From positions 3,748 to 67,747 of the forward strand of contig JAFGRN010000002.1 of the NCBI GenBank assembly GCA_016935115.1: a stretch of 64,000 nt of DNA. Reading direction: 5' to 3'. Origin of the DNA: Candidatus Omnitrophota bacterium (GTDB lineage Bacteria; Omnitrophota; Gorgyraeia; 2-01-FULL-45-10). Positions 47,366-57,513 of the stretch are shown here, piece after piece (position 1 is the stretch's first letter; each line of letters starts with the position of its first letter). Under the pieces are notes generated by a model. It worked only from the letters and a program-made list of their open reading frames with translations. It had not been told where the DNA came from and did no database searches. The position numbers and the translations under genes are program-made.

Positions 47366-49381
47366 TTAAATAGCCACCCATTTCGGCCAAAAGTCTCTGA
47401 TACTGCCATCCCTGTACAACATCTGGAGCGAAAGTATGGCATCCTTATTAGCGTACATAAATTCTTTTGCCTTTTTCTTTATGTCACGCTCAAAAATAAC
47501 CCTGTATGAAGACACCCTATAAAAATCTTTCAATAGCAGTGAAGTGTTGAGATTTGCCAGCCATACAGGTATATCGTAATTGAGGCATATTTCTCTTTCG
47601 CTCAAGAGGTTTCCACCGGCAAAGACGGCCTTTACATCCCTTGTCAATAAATACTGTTTCATGTCCGCGAGAATCAGATCTACCCCCTCTTTCATATCAA
47701 TCGCGTTCAATAGCTTTTTGGCCTCGGACAATGCCAGATCAAGCACCGACCTGTAGCTATGGAATAGGACGAGTTGTTTATACTTTCTCAGCAGATTATC
47801 GCCATATTTACCTTCGCAAAGCGCCTTCCAGTTTTCGGGTTCGTCAAAAAATTCCAGGAGCGCCTCTCTCGTAGGAAATAACTCCGCTTTTGTCTCCCGG
47901 ACGAATTCCTGATAGTAAATGTTTATGTCGGAAAATTCGGACAATCTGCGATGAATATCGAAGACCCAGTCCGCCATATCGATGCCATTTTCAATCAAAA
48001 GCCTTTTGAGAGGAATCAGTTCTATTGAAGAGCAGAAAACGGATATTGTAAAGCATAGGCGGCGAAGCTCGATATAATCATCGAATGACATCGTATTGGT
48101 CCCGATGATAACTTCCTCTGTATCAAGTATCTTCTTCCCGTCGATGACACTGAACTGCCGCGGCACCACCCTGTGGCGGATCACATAGCCGTACTTGCGG
48201 GCATTCTCCTCAGACGAAAGCGGCGTCCCCTTAAGCGCCATCAGAGTGTATATGCAAATGTTTTGCACGCCCGATCTTATGACCTTTCTTATTGTTTCGA
48301 GAAAGCTATCCTTGGTCTCCCCCGGAAGGCACAGGATCAATTCGGTTTCGGATGCTTCGCCGGTTTTCCTCAAAATCTCATGCTGAAACGAGATGAAATC
48401 CTCGAACGGGATATTTGTCCTGTTAATATTTTTTAATACTTCCGGCGTCAGTGTCTGTAACGCGATACCCGGATTAAATCGGATGATCGAGGACATCTCC
48501 ACCAGCTTCTTCGGATCCTTTCCGGAATTGAAGTTCATATTCCTGGGCCAGTCGTATTTTTTCTGTGTATCGCGGATTATCCCGGCGATCACGAAGTCCT
48601 CTTTGAAGAGGCTCATGTTAGTATTGGCCAGGTATAACATCACTTCATGTTTCCCGGAGAAGCGCCTGCCGAGATATTCCATATCCCGCCTGAAAATATC
48701 CGGGGAGAGAAAGAGCATGCGCGAGTAATATCTGTCGCTCGTATGGCAAAAGGCGCATGTGAAGGGACAGCCGCGATGGGTCTGTAAAAAAGGATGGGAT
48801 CCGCTGTCGAGAAATTCATCAAAAATCCCATCGGCATAAAGAGATCCCAGGGCATCCAGGGAATTAAGGCGCGGAGGCGGCTCCGGTGAGTCCACTATGT
48901 CGCCGCGGGAAGCATCGTAAGAATACGTACCGGGCCCCGGTTTCCTGCGGATATCGCCGGGCTTCTCCCCTTTCAAAAGGCGCTTCACGGTCTCGGTGAA
49001 TGGAATCTCGCCATCATATGAAACACAAAGATCAATAAAGGCATATTTTTTGAAAAAATTTCTGCGGCCGGATTTAAGCAGGTCGAGATTAGGCCCCCCG
49101 GCTATGACAAGACACCCCGGATCGGCGTCTTTAATCCGCGCGGCTACATGCAGGTTAAGCTCACTGTTCCATGAGTATTGGGCTATACCCAGCACATCGG
49201 GACGCCAGGACTTAAAAGCCTTCAGGGCCTTATCAGTATCTTTGAAAAGCCTGGTATTTACGCTATTCCCCACTGCTTTGTCCAGATATCGCGCGATCGC
49301 CCCCAACCCCAACGGCACTGTGTTGGTGTGTATGCCCCGCGTCGTATGGTTTAAGTCCAACAAAGCTATTTTCATTCCCAT
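47366..49381 (-). CDS. Cobalamin-dependent radical SAM enzyme (long type, 671 aa)
   Basis: LDLNH..VPLGLGAIA, YSWN, GGPN, DGE, THRGCPFTCAFC, LPGET, RHRVVPRQF. Confidence 0.9.
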   Translation of the reverse strand: MGMKIALLDLNHTTRGIHTNTVPLGLGAIARYLDKAVGNSVNTRLFKDTDKALKAFKSWRPDVLGIAQYSWNSELNLHVAARIKDADPGCLVIAGGPNLDLLKSGRRNFFKKYAFIDLCVSYDGEIPFTETVKRLLKGEKPGDIRRKPGPGTYSYDASRGDIVDSPEPPPRLNSLDALGSLYADGIFDEFLDSGSHPFLQTHRGCPFTCAFCHTSDRYYSRMLFLSPDIFRRDMEYLGRRFSGKHEVMLYLANTNMSLFKEDFVIAGIIRDTQKKYDWPRNMNFNSGKDPKKLVEMSSIIRFNPGIALQTLTPEVLKNINRTNIPFEDFISFQHEILRKTGEASETELILCLPGETKDSFLETIRKVIRSGVQNICIYTLMALKGTPLSSEENARKYGYVIRHRVVPRQFSVIDGKKILDTEEVIIGTNTMSFDDYIELRRLCFTISVFCSSIELIPLKRLLIENGIDMADWVFDIHRRLSEFSDINIYYQEFVRETKAELFPTREALLEFFDEPENWKALCEGKYGDNLLRKYKQLVLFHSYRSVLDLALSEAKKLLNAIDMKEGVDLILADMKQYLLTRDVKAVFAGGNLLSEREICLNYDIPVWLANLNTSLLLKDFYRVSSYRVIFERDIKKKAKEFMYANKDAILSLQMLYRDGSIRDFWPKWVAI

Positions 49382-50916
49382 TAGTCCGCCTTAGCGTAAT
49401 CCAGCCGCGGCATTAATTCCACCGCGAGATTCTTTAATATCTTAACGTCGTATATCTGCGTCCAGTGGCGACGATCTTCGGGCAATGACCAGATGTAGCC
49501 ATTTATATCCTCCGCCCGGAGCCTGAACAACCTGCCCTTTTCCGAATCGTATACGTTTATATATGCGTCTACCTTCTCTCCGATGCGGTACTTCCTGTCG
49601 GTCAGGTGACCGCCGGCATATTCAAAGCGCTTATTGAGGGCGCTCGTCACTATCGGCCGATGGAAGAGCAGTCTGTATACACACATCGGAACCCATCCTT
49701 CGGATAAGAACTCTATATTACTCACAGGCCCGTACTTACTGTATTGATTACCGGAGAAATATAAGGTCCTATCCTCTTTATACTCCCGCAGGGCATCATT
49801 ATCCTTCATCGTCAGGATCACTTTTTGCTGATGCAAGCTCCAGCGCTTCCAATGGTCGGAGATCCCGAAGATGGCAAAGATAAGAATAATGCATACCGCG
49901 GCCTTGAGCTTCTTCGGCAGAGGAATTGATATTAAGAGATATGTAACCAATAATGATCCGAAGATCGTCACCCTGTTACCCAGGCCGAAACAGACCTGCG
50001 GATACCGGCCGGTGAACGCGTACATGAGAAAAGATAGAGCCGTCAACATAACCAGGCAGGCGCCCAGCCGCGAATTATAAACGACATTACAGCGCGTTAT
50101 CACCCTATAGCAGACAACCGAAATTATTAAACATAATATGACCGACTGCGCGGACAGCTGGGAAAAAGCGTAGTATACCTTGAGCCACATCGACGGGCCC
50201 AGCGCGGCGTCGGTGAACGTCAATACTTGCAGCGCGTACTGTTTGATGATGCCGGAAACGCTGACCGCCTCAAGAATCCTGGGATGCCCCGCGCTCCGTA
50301 TGGCCGTTAAATAGATGAAGTAAGAGGCATATATTATGTTGGGGACTATGATAACCGCGGCTTTCTTAAAATTTTTGCCGAGGCAGAAGAGCGCAAAGAG
50401 CGCTACAGCTATGGGCGTACTGCCGTATGATATAAATGAGGCCGCAAGCGCCGACAGGAACGCGAAGAAAAGCTTATCGCGATGCGCCAGATAGAAGGCG
50501 TAGAGATACAGGGCAAATGACAGGGTGAGATACTGGTTCATGAACATATACACAGTGGAATCGTGCGAAGGGAAGAATACAAATATGAAAGATGCCAGGA
50601 CGGCGAGCGATTCGTCCATATAGATCCTAAGGAACTGCGCTATCATGTACAGCGCCAGGATGATATAGGCGATCTTTACCGCGTTCACGGCGGCCGCATT
50701 ATCAAAGCTGAAGAAGTAATACGGGAGGTAGTGGCTGTAATACATCACCGGCGTGTCCGCGTAATAGGGACTGTTTACGGGTATCAGTATATTTTTGAGG
50801 CCCGTGATCTTCGAGCTTGTGACGGCATCGAAGTCGTCGGAGAATAGCCCCGTGTTTATGACAAGATAGGCCGTCAATATGAAGAACAACAGATACATCA
50901 GCTGTATTTTTTTCAT
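49381..50916 (-). CDS. Polytopic membrane protein, putative GT-C-type glycosyltransferase
   Basis: Many hydrophobic segments, acidic FSDD motif in the first loop after TM1, soluble C-terminal domain. Confidence 0.55.
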   Translation of the reverse strand: MKKIQLMYLLFFILTAYLVINTGLFSDDFDAVTSSKITGLKNILIPVNSPYYADTPVMYYSHYLPYYFFSFDNAAAVNAVKIAYIILALYMIAQFLRIYMDESLAVLASFIFVFFPSHDSTVYMFMNQYLTLSFALYLYAFYLAHRDKLFFAFLSALAASFISYGSTPIAVALFALFCLGKNFKKAAVIIVPNIIYASYFIYLTAIRSAGHPRILEAVSVSGIIKQYALQVLTFTDAALGPSMWLKVYYAFSQLSAQSVILCLIISVVCYRVITRCNVVYNSRLGACLVMLTALSFLMYAFTGRYPQVCFGLGNRVTIFGSLLVTYLLISIPLPKKLKAAVCIILIFAIFGISDHWKRWSLHQQKVILTMKDNDALREYKEDRTLYFSGNQYSKYGPVSNIEFLSEGWVPMCVYRLLFHRPIVTSALNKRFEYAGGHLTDRKYRIGEKVDAYINVYDSEKGRLFRLRAEDINGYIWSLPEDRRHWTQIYDVKILKNLAVELMPRLDYAKAD

Positions 50917-50933
50917 ATTTTAAAACCCTGCCG

Positions 50934-52505
50934 TCAATCCTGCCTGCCGCGGGTGATCAGGTTCCTCAAAAAAGGAAATGCGTGACAGATACTGGTCACG
51001 GGATCCGCGGTAAGATACAGGAATTTCATGATCCTGACCGGATTATAACCATGGCTCCTGACGATCATGAACAGAAAGTTCTTTGCGTTCATGATGGATC
51101 CGTAAAATGTCAACAAAGGCATCGCGCACCTGACCGGCAGGCTATTCTCGCGCCTGACAAGAAATCGCACGAACGCCGCGGGAATGTGCGGGGTTATGAA
51201 TATGATATTGTTAAGAAATTTCTTATCGCCGCGCGACTCGATGGTCGCCTGCGTCTTGTAAAGATCGCACTCCGTTATCACGCCCTCTTTAAGGGCCCGC
51301 GCCGTGATCTCGGTGCCGGGATAAAACCTGAAGCCGTATAATTCGAGAAGAAACGGTTTCGGCAGGGATGCGAGCGTTTCGACGGTCTCAACTATGTCGT
51401 TCCGGAATTCATACGGATTATCGAGCATGACATCGATGATCGGCATCATGCGAAGGCCGCTGAGCCTGCGCGAGGTCTCGACGAACGTCGATATCTTCAC
51501 GGGCCTTTTATAGACTTCGCTCAGGACGCGATAGCTTCCCGACTGCAAGCCTATGCCGGCCGCTATGACGGATAGCTGGGACAGAAGCCGGTACTTGTCA
51601 TCATTGGCGCTGCCCGGTATCATGCGAAACATTAGCGGCAGTTTGATATCACGAAGGTAACGCGGCACGAAATCCTGGAACCACGACAGCGGGCGCGATG
51701 TGAAGCTGTCGTCGTGAAAATTGATAAAACGGATGGTCGGGCGCGAGGAGACGGCTGCAATCAGCTCCTTCATGACATGATCTACGCTGCGCAGGCGCAC
51801 TCTCTTCCACTCATTGCCATAAAGGTTCTTATTGATGTTGTCAGCGCAATAAGTGCATTCCAGGGGACAGCCGCGGGAAGTCGTTATGTCGTACCCGTTA
51901 CCGTTATAACGCTGAAACCTGCCGACATCGGCCGCGCGTATCGGGGCAAACCGCCCTGCGCCGTAAAAGAACGCGGATTCATCCATAACCGGCAGGACGG
52001 CGAGAGAGTCCATGTCGCGGAATAATGGAGCCGCGGCACGGGGCCGGGCGGAACCGGCTGCGGTTACGATGCCCGGCACGTCCATGTTTTCGAGCGAGCC
52101 CTTCTGCTCATAGCATTTCAGGAACTCTGCAAATGATATCTCCCCCTCGCCCAGGCAGACCGCGTCAAAAAATTCCAGGGAGCTTTCGGGAAATGCCGTA
52201 ACGTGGATGCCGCCGCCGGCCAGTACAACACGGGGATCGATTCTTTTAATATCGCCGCATATGCGCCTTACCAGAGCCGACTGGTAGGACATGAAGCTGA
52301 TCCCCACCACATCCGGGTTATTCTTCCTCAGGAACGATGGGAGAGCCTCCGCGAACTTCAGATATCGCGACTCTTCCGTAATCTCGCTTCGGAGATTCGG
52401 ATATACCAGAATTGCGCGATGGCCCGCTTTCAATGTTTCGTAGAAAACGTATCGTATCCCGAAGGTGCACAGGTTTTCCTGCATTGATATGAGTATAACG
52501 TTCAT
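50934..52505 (-). CDS. Cobalamin-dependent radical SAM enzyme
   Basis: PDVVGISFMS, GGIHVT, GEGE, SRGCPLECTYC, FHDDSF, GLQSGS, FYPGT. Confidence 0.9.
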   Translation of the reverse strand: MNVILISMQENLCTFGIRYVFYETLKAGHRAILVYPNLRSEITEESRYLKFAEALPSFLRKNNPDVVGISFMSYQSALVRRICGDIKRIDPRVVLAGGGIHVTAFPESSLEFFDAVCLGEGEISFAEFLKCYEQKGSLENMDVPGIVTAAGSARPRAAAPLFRDMDSLAVLPVMDESAFFYGAGRFAPIRAADVGRFQRYNGNGYDITTSRGCPLECTYCADNINKNLYGNEWKRVRLRSVDHVMKELIAAVSSRPTIRFINFHDDSFTSRPLSWFQDFVPRYLRDIKLPLMFRMIPGSANDDKYRLLSQLSVIAAGIGLQSGSYRVLSEVYKRPVKISTFVETSRRLSGLRMMPIIDVMLDNPYEFRNDIVETVETLASLPKPFLLELYGFRFYPGTEITARALKEGVITECDLYKTQATIESRGDKKFLNNIIFITPHIPAAFVRFLVRRENSLPVRCAMPLLTFYGSIMNAKNFLFMIVRSHGYNPVRIMKFLYLTADPVTSICHAFPFLRNLITRGRQD

Positions 52506-52527
52506 CTCTGTGGCATTCTCGCTTTCA

Positions 52528-53295
52528 TTACGGCCTTATATCTTTTCTCCCCACGGCGAGTATCGAAACACCGAAAGGAAAGCCGCCGAAGATCTTTATC
52601 GCCGCCAGCTCGCATGACATGGCGAATTTAAGGAGTCCGTTAACGACAGGAGGCGGAGCGCCCAGTTCATCCGACGCTTTCTTCGACCGGAAGAGACCGG
52701 CGCGCTGAAGCATTGACGATAATAATAACGGCAGAAAACTTATGCTGTTAAAATATGTGATCCTCGCGACATTGAACCCCGCGGCCTTCATAATATCGCG
52801 GATCTCCGGTACCGTATACCTGCGCTTGCCCATACAGATCCTGTCATTGTCGCGATACAGGAACTTGTAAGCAGGTTCATTTATTACTACAAACCCTCCG
52901 GGCCTGACCAGGCTAAACGCTTCTTTCAAAACCCGCGTATCGTCCAGGATCCATTCGTGGTACAGGACGTTGAAGAACGTCACTATATCGAATTGCTCGC
53001 CGGCAAATGTCTTATCGAGATCATTTGCCGAGCCTATCCTGATCCTGGCGGAGGGATGTTTCCTGAGGCAGATGCCGGCCGCGTGAGCCGAGATCTCAAG
53101 CCCGGTTACGGCGCCATATTTTCTAAGGGTCTCCAGCATTCCGCCCGTACCGCATCCGACATCCAGGATGCCGGCCTGATGGCAGGGTCCGCGCCTTATG
53201 CTGTCCATATAATACTCTACGAGTTTTCTGCGGCCGGTGTGATACCAGTGGGTATCCTCTACGCGAGCCAGATCATCATACGCCTGATTATCCAA
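52528..53295 (-). CDS. Class I SAM-dependent methyltransferase
   Basis: EDTHWY..RR, LDVGCGTGG, NVLYH, RPGG, RRY, FPFGVS; type often found next to GtrB-like GT2 genes. Confidence 0.85.
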   Translation of the reverse strand: MDNQAYDDLARVEDTHWYHTGRRKLVEYYMDSIRRGPCHQAGILDVGCGTGGMLETLRKYGAVTGLEISAHAAGICLRKHPSARIRIGSANDLDKTFAGEQFDIVTFFNVLYHEWILDDTRVLKEAFSLVRPGGFVVINEPAYKFLYRDNDRICMGKRRYTVPEIRDIMKAAGFNVARITYFNSISFLPLLLSSMLQRAGLFRSKKASDELGAPPPVVNGLLKFAMSCELAAIKIFGGFPFGVSILAVGRKDIRP

Positions 53296-53297
53296 TA

Positions 53298-55898
53298 TTA
53301 AACCCTCTGAGCGGCATAATGTTTCGCCGCGTCCCTCGGAAGCATCGATATCATCTCCCTGTCCGCCGCCAGGCCCTTCAACAGCTCTTTATACATCCTC
53401 ACCATAAGATCGTTTCCGCCATAGTATGGATCGGGATGCGTGACCACGGTAACACATCCCATGTCGTCTTTGATGCGCGATATTTTAGACTTCCAGAAAG
53501 CGTTGAGATCCTCCGGTTTCACCCCGCATTGGACCGGAAATTCGTAAGGCAACGTCGTCGGCAGCTCCACAAGGGAGCCTATCATGTAGGGAAATACTGA
53601 ACAGCATCCTCCGACGCCGGCGGGCGATATGTAATCCACATCCAGGACGCTGCAATCGTAAGAAAAATAATCCTGCAATACTCTGAAGAGGCATCCGCTC
53701 CGCAGCCAGGATGGCGACCTGAAACCCGCCATCTTATAAGCCCCGATGATATCCTTGCACGCGTCCATTCTTCTTCTTATATGCGCTTCGCTTAAAAACG
53801 CCAATTTGTTATCGTGATTATACCCGTGGAGGCCTATCTCGAATCCGTTCCGCGCCAGCCAATCCAGCACGGAATAGTCTATCCTGTAAAGCCTGGGGAC
53901 GACATTCCACGACGACCTGAAACCATACTCCATCTCCGCTTCGGCGATCGCCTTCACCCACTTCCAGTTGTTGCCATTTTCTATGTCGTGGGTAAGTATG
54001 AGGGCGCACTTTTTATCTCCCGGCCATGATACTCTCCCCGTATACCTGAGGCAATCTTCCGGAAGGCTCTTAGAGGACGCTCTACGCAACCGTTCCAGGG
54101 AGCCTTCGTAGGGCCACAACGGAAATGACGAGGATGGCGGAGAACCGCGCCTGAAGAGTTTCTGCCCATAGTACCTCACGGGAGCCGGGATCTTCTGGTA
54201 GTTAAAAGGGACGGATGTGTATAAAGGCCTTTTGAGATCCGCGTACTTTTCATATATAACATTCTCAAAAATCTTTCCGGCATACAAATTGTAAAGGGAG
54301 TCGACAGGGCCGGACCCGGAAGCTTCCCCGCGAAGATCGTAATAACCGGATAGTTTGTCCAGATCATCCTTAACGGCATCGTATCCGGGCGAACTACCCT
54401 TCCTGACCCTGCCTATGGCCACTTTCAACGCCACGTAGAAGAACCTCATATTCAGGAAGAAAACAAGCCGCGCCATATTCCACATCTTCGCGGGCGAAAG
54501 ATACCACTTCCCGGACATCTTTATAACATTGCCTCCGGCGAATGAGGATTTAAGAATCCGCTTTATGCCCTTCACGCTGAGATAGAACGACAGATTAGCG
54601 TACATAGTGTCAAACATAAGCCCATACCGGTCATTGCCCTTCGGGACATACGGCAGGTCATCGCCTTCCCACATATACTGGACCGCAAAATTTTCCCAAT
54701 CCTTCTTAATGACCACTTCACCCCGGCTCTTCAGCATCTCGTAGACTGGCGTGCCGGGATAAGGCGTGAGAGTATTGAATCTCGTGCTTGCAAGCGGCAT
54801 ATCGTTTGCCAGTTTTATGGCGTCCCGGCGGTCCCTGGCGGTCTCTCCCGGAAGGCCGAAGATGATGGTAGTGGCGGCGGCTATGCCCTTATCGTTCGTC
54901 ATCCTCACCGCGTCCACGACCTGCTTTACCGTCTCGCCTTTCCCTATCAGGCTCATGAGAGACTCCGAGCCGGTCTCCATCCCAAAGGCTATCATCCTGA
55001 AATTCGCCGCTTTCGCTTTATCGAGGATGGCTTCGCTGATATTATCCGCCCTCATGGAACCGTGAAAAGAGACATCTCCGGGAAAGCCCGCGGCTATTAT
55101 TGAATCCAGGATCTCCATAAAGCGCCGGCTATGGCCCGCGATGTTGTCGTCCATCAGCCATATGGTCTTCTGTCCGTACTTTTCTACGAGCGCCTTTATC
55201 TCGGAGACGACCCTCCCGACGCTGAAATACCTGTACCTCTTGCCCGATATGCTGCGGGATGAGCAGAATATGCAGTTATAAGGACAGCCCCTCGAAGTGA
55301 ATATGCCGCCGAATGAGGGGTATCGGTCCTTATCCTTCTCAAAAAGATGATATGGAAACGGCGGTATGTCGTCGAGATTTTCTATGACAGGCCTGTCGGG
55401 ATTATGGACAAACCCGTTCTTGCCTTTGAAGGATATGCCGGGAATATTTTTTGGATCATCGCCGCTCATAACCAGCCGCGACAGCTCCTCGAACGTCTTC
55501 TCCCCCTCACCCCTCACGACCATATCTATTCCGGGGCTGCTGAGAGCCTCTTCGGGAAGCACTGTGGGATGTATCCCCCCAGCCACCACCAGGCATTCCG
55601 GATCCACGCCCTTTATCTTCTCGCCGAGCTCGTAGGCTCTCTTGGAATTTATGGTCAATACGCTAAGCCCGACAATACGCGGCTTCTCCAGGGAGAGGAT
55701 AATGCCGGGCAGGCCCCTATCCTTAATGAAATCCAGCTGTTCATCTATTATGCGGACCGGGCCTATGCCGCGCGCGCCCAGAAATCCCGCGAGGGCGCCG
55801 AGGCTTGTGGGGAACGTGGTATTTATGACCGCATTTACGATCTTGTTCTGCGACGAGGAATTGATGGCCGGGTTAATCAGCAGGATATTTTTGCCCAT
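53298..55898 (-). CDS. Fusion: cobalamin-dependent radical SAM + polysaccharide deacetylase-like domain
   Basis: N-terminal part GGIHPT, GEGE, SRGCPYNCIFC, PYPGT; C-terminal part WPGDKKCALILTHDIE, EIGLHGYNH, GFRSP, YD, HPD (CE4/NodB-like). Confidence 0.85.
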   Translation of the reverse strand: MGKNILLINPAINSSSQNKIVNAVINTTFPTSLGALAGFLGARGIGPVRIIDEQLDFIKDRGLPGIILSLEKPRIVGLSVLTINSKRAYELGEKIKGVDPECLVVAGGIHPTVLPEEALSSPGIDMVVRGEGEKTFEELSRLVMSGDDPKNIPGISFKGKNGFVHNPDRPVIENLDDIPPFPYHLFEKDKDRYPSFGGIFTSRGCPYNCIFCSSRSISGKRYRYFSVGRVVSEIKALVEKYGQKTIWLMDDNIAGHSRRFMEILDSIIAAGFPGDVSFHGSMRADNISEAILDKAKAANFRMIAFGMETGSESLMSLIGKGETVKQVVDAVRMTNDKGIAAATTIIFGLPGETARDRRDAIKLANDMPLASTRFNTLTPYPGTPVYEMLKSRGEVVIKKDWENFAVQYMWEGDDLPYVPKGNDRYGLMFDTMYANLSFYLSVKGIKRILKSSFAGGNVIKMSGKWYLSPAKMWNMARLVFFLNMRFFYVALKVAIGRVRKGSSPGYDAVKDDLDKLSGYYDLRGEASGSGPVDSLYNLYAGKIFENVIYEKYADLKRPLYTSVPFNYQKIPAPVRYYGQKLFRRGSPPSSSFPLWPYEGSLERLRRASSKSLPEDCLRYTGRVSWPGDKKCALILTHDIENGNNWKWVKAIAEAEMEYGFRSSWNVVPRLYRIDYSVLDWLARNGFEIGLHGYNHDNKLAFLSEAHIRRRMDACKDIIGAYKMAGFRSPSWLRSGCLFRVLQDYFSYDCSVLDVDYISPAGVGGCCSVFPYMIGSLVELPTTLPYEFPVQCGVKPEDLNAFWKSKISRIKDDMGCVTVVTHPDPYYGGNDLMVRMYKELLKGLAADREMISMLPRDAAKHYAAQRV

Positions 55899-55918
55899 AT
55901 GTTTGCCGAAGCATCACC

Positions 55919-56863
55919 TCAATCGGTTTCAGCGTTCGTCGTGGAAGCCTCGATAAAATAAAGCGGGCGTTTTCTGGATTCATCCAGATTGCGCCACAGG
56001 TATTCGCCTATTATGCCGAGCATCATCATCTGGACTCCGCCCAGTATAAATATAGCGACCATGATGGAGGACCATCCCGGGCTCGGACTGCCGACCATAT
56101 AGTTTATTACAAGGTACAGGCCGTATATGAAACCGAATACCGCAATGAACATGCCTATCGCCGACATAATCTTCAGGGGAAGCCCCGAGAACGCTATTAT
56201 CCAGTCCTTGGCCAGGCGGACGCGCCGCCTGAAGCTCCACTTTGTCTTTCCCGCTGCGCGCGGCCTCCTGTCGTATTCGACGAAATCGCTTCCGAAGCCG
56301 AGCCAGCCGATAAGCCCGAAGAGGGATGTATTCTTTTCAGAACACGCGTTTATGGATTTAACCACCCTGCTATCCAGAAGGAAAAAGTCGGCACGGGAGA
56401 AGTCTATCCCCCTCTCCTGGCTCTCCCCCAGGAAGGAGAGCGCATAGTAAAATAATTGCGCAAATTTACGGATATGCCAGTTCTCGGATCTCCTGTCTCT
56501 TCTGAGGGCCCAGACTATCTTTGCCCCGGCCTTCCACTTCCCCGCCATCTCCGCCAGCACGCCGGGATCCTCCTGCCCGTCGGCCGATATGCACAGAGTG
56601 GCGTCCCCGCGCGAGTGCCTCAGCCCCGCGCGTATGGCGGTATGGCTGCCGCCGCGCCTGCTAAGCCGGATGCTGTTTATATTCTTTTCTCCCATGCCCT
56701 TCACCAATTCGAAAGTGCTGTCCTCCGAGTGGTCATCGACCACGATGAACTCACACTCCTTTACGCCGGACCGGGAAACCGCTTCCCTTATATCACGGAT
56801 GGTCCTCTCTATGCTATTCGCTTCATTGTAAGCCGGAATCACTATCGATAGTTTCATATTCAC
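55919..56863 (-). CDS. GT2 polyprenyl-phosphate glycosyltransferase (GtrB/ArnC-like)
   Basis: SIVIPAYNE, VDDHSED, ADGQEDP, two C-terminal TMs, GIIGEYLWR..RKRPLY. Confidence 0.9.
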   Translation of the reverse strand: MNMKLSIVIPAYNEANSIERTIRDIREAVSRSGVKECEFIVVDDHSEDSTFELVKGMGEKNINSIRLSRRGGSHTAIRAGLRHSRGDATLCISADGQEDPGVLAEMAGKWKAGAKIVWALRRDRRSENWHIRKFAQLFYYALSFLGESQERGIDFSRADFFLLDSRVVKSINACSEKNTSLFGLIGWLGFGSDFVEYDRRPRAAGKTKWSFRRRVRLAKDWIIAFSGLPLKIMSAIGMFIAVFGFIYGLYLVINYMVGSPSPGWSSIMVAIFILGGVQMMMLGIIGEYLWRNLDESRKRPLYFIEASTTNAETD

Positions 56864-57513
56864 TCCGCCTTCCTTATGACACGGGCAGGATTGCCCACCG
56901 CCACGACGCCCCCGTCAATATCGGATATGACATTGGCACCCAATCCTATCAGGGCCCCTTCTTTAACGGATACGGATTCCTTTATGCGCGAGCCGGACCC
57001 TATGTAGCAGCCTGCGCCCACCCTCACGCCTCCCGATATCGAAACATTGGAGCCGACACAGGTATAATCACCTATAACGGTATCGTGCAGTATGGAGGTA
57101 TTCGGCAGGACGATGCAGTGGTCCCCTATGGTAACCCCGCAGCTTACAACCACATTGGCCATCAACAGCACATTGCGCCCTATCCGGGCATCCGGAGATA
57201 CGACGACCGACGGGTCTATGATGGTCGCGAAACGCTTATCATCGAGCCCCAGGCTCTCTATGATCTCCCTGCGCCTTGAGAAACTCTTAGGATTTCCCGG
57301 CACCGCAAGCACCGACACGCCGGGAAAACCGCCCAGGACCTCTCTGCCGCCCAGGACCTTCACTCCGAGACAATCTTTGCCATGAACCTTCGGATCATCG
57401 TCTATAAAACCCAGGACATCCCATTCTTTCTTCTTCGCGTTTGCCGCCAGAATCGGCAGGAGCGCTTCTCTGGCATTACCGCCGAACGGAAAGAGCGCGA
57501 TCTTTTTAGGCAT
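56860..57513 (-). CDS. PglD/NeuD-family sugar acetyltransferase
   Basis: GGNARE, GFIDD, hexapeptide repeats, HD, GNPAR. Confidence 0.88.
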   Translation of the reverse strand: MPKKIALFPFGGNAREALLPILAANAKKKEWDVLGFIDDDPKVHGKDCLGVKVLGGREVLGGFPGVSVLAVPGNPKSFSRRREIIESLGLDDKRFATIIDPSVVVSPDARIGRNVLLMANVVVSCGVTIGDHCIVLPNTSILHDTVIGDYTCVGSNVSISGGVRVGAGCYIGSGSRIKESVSVKEGALIGLGANVISDIDGGVVAVGNPARVIRKAE

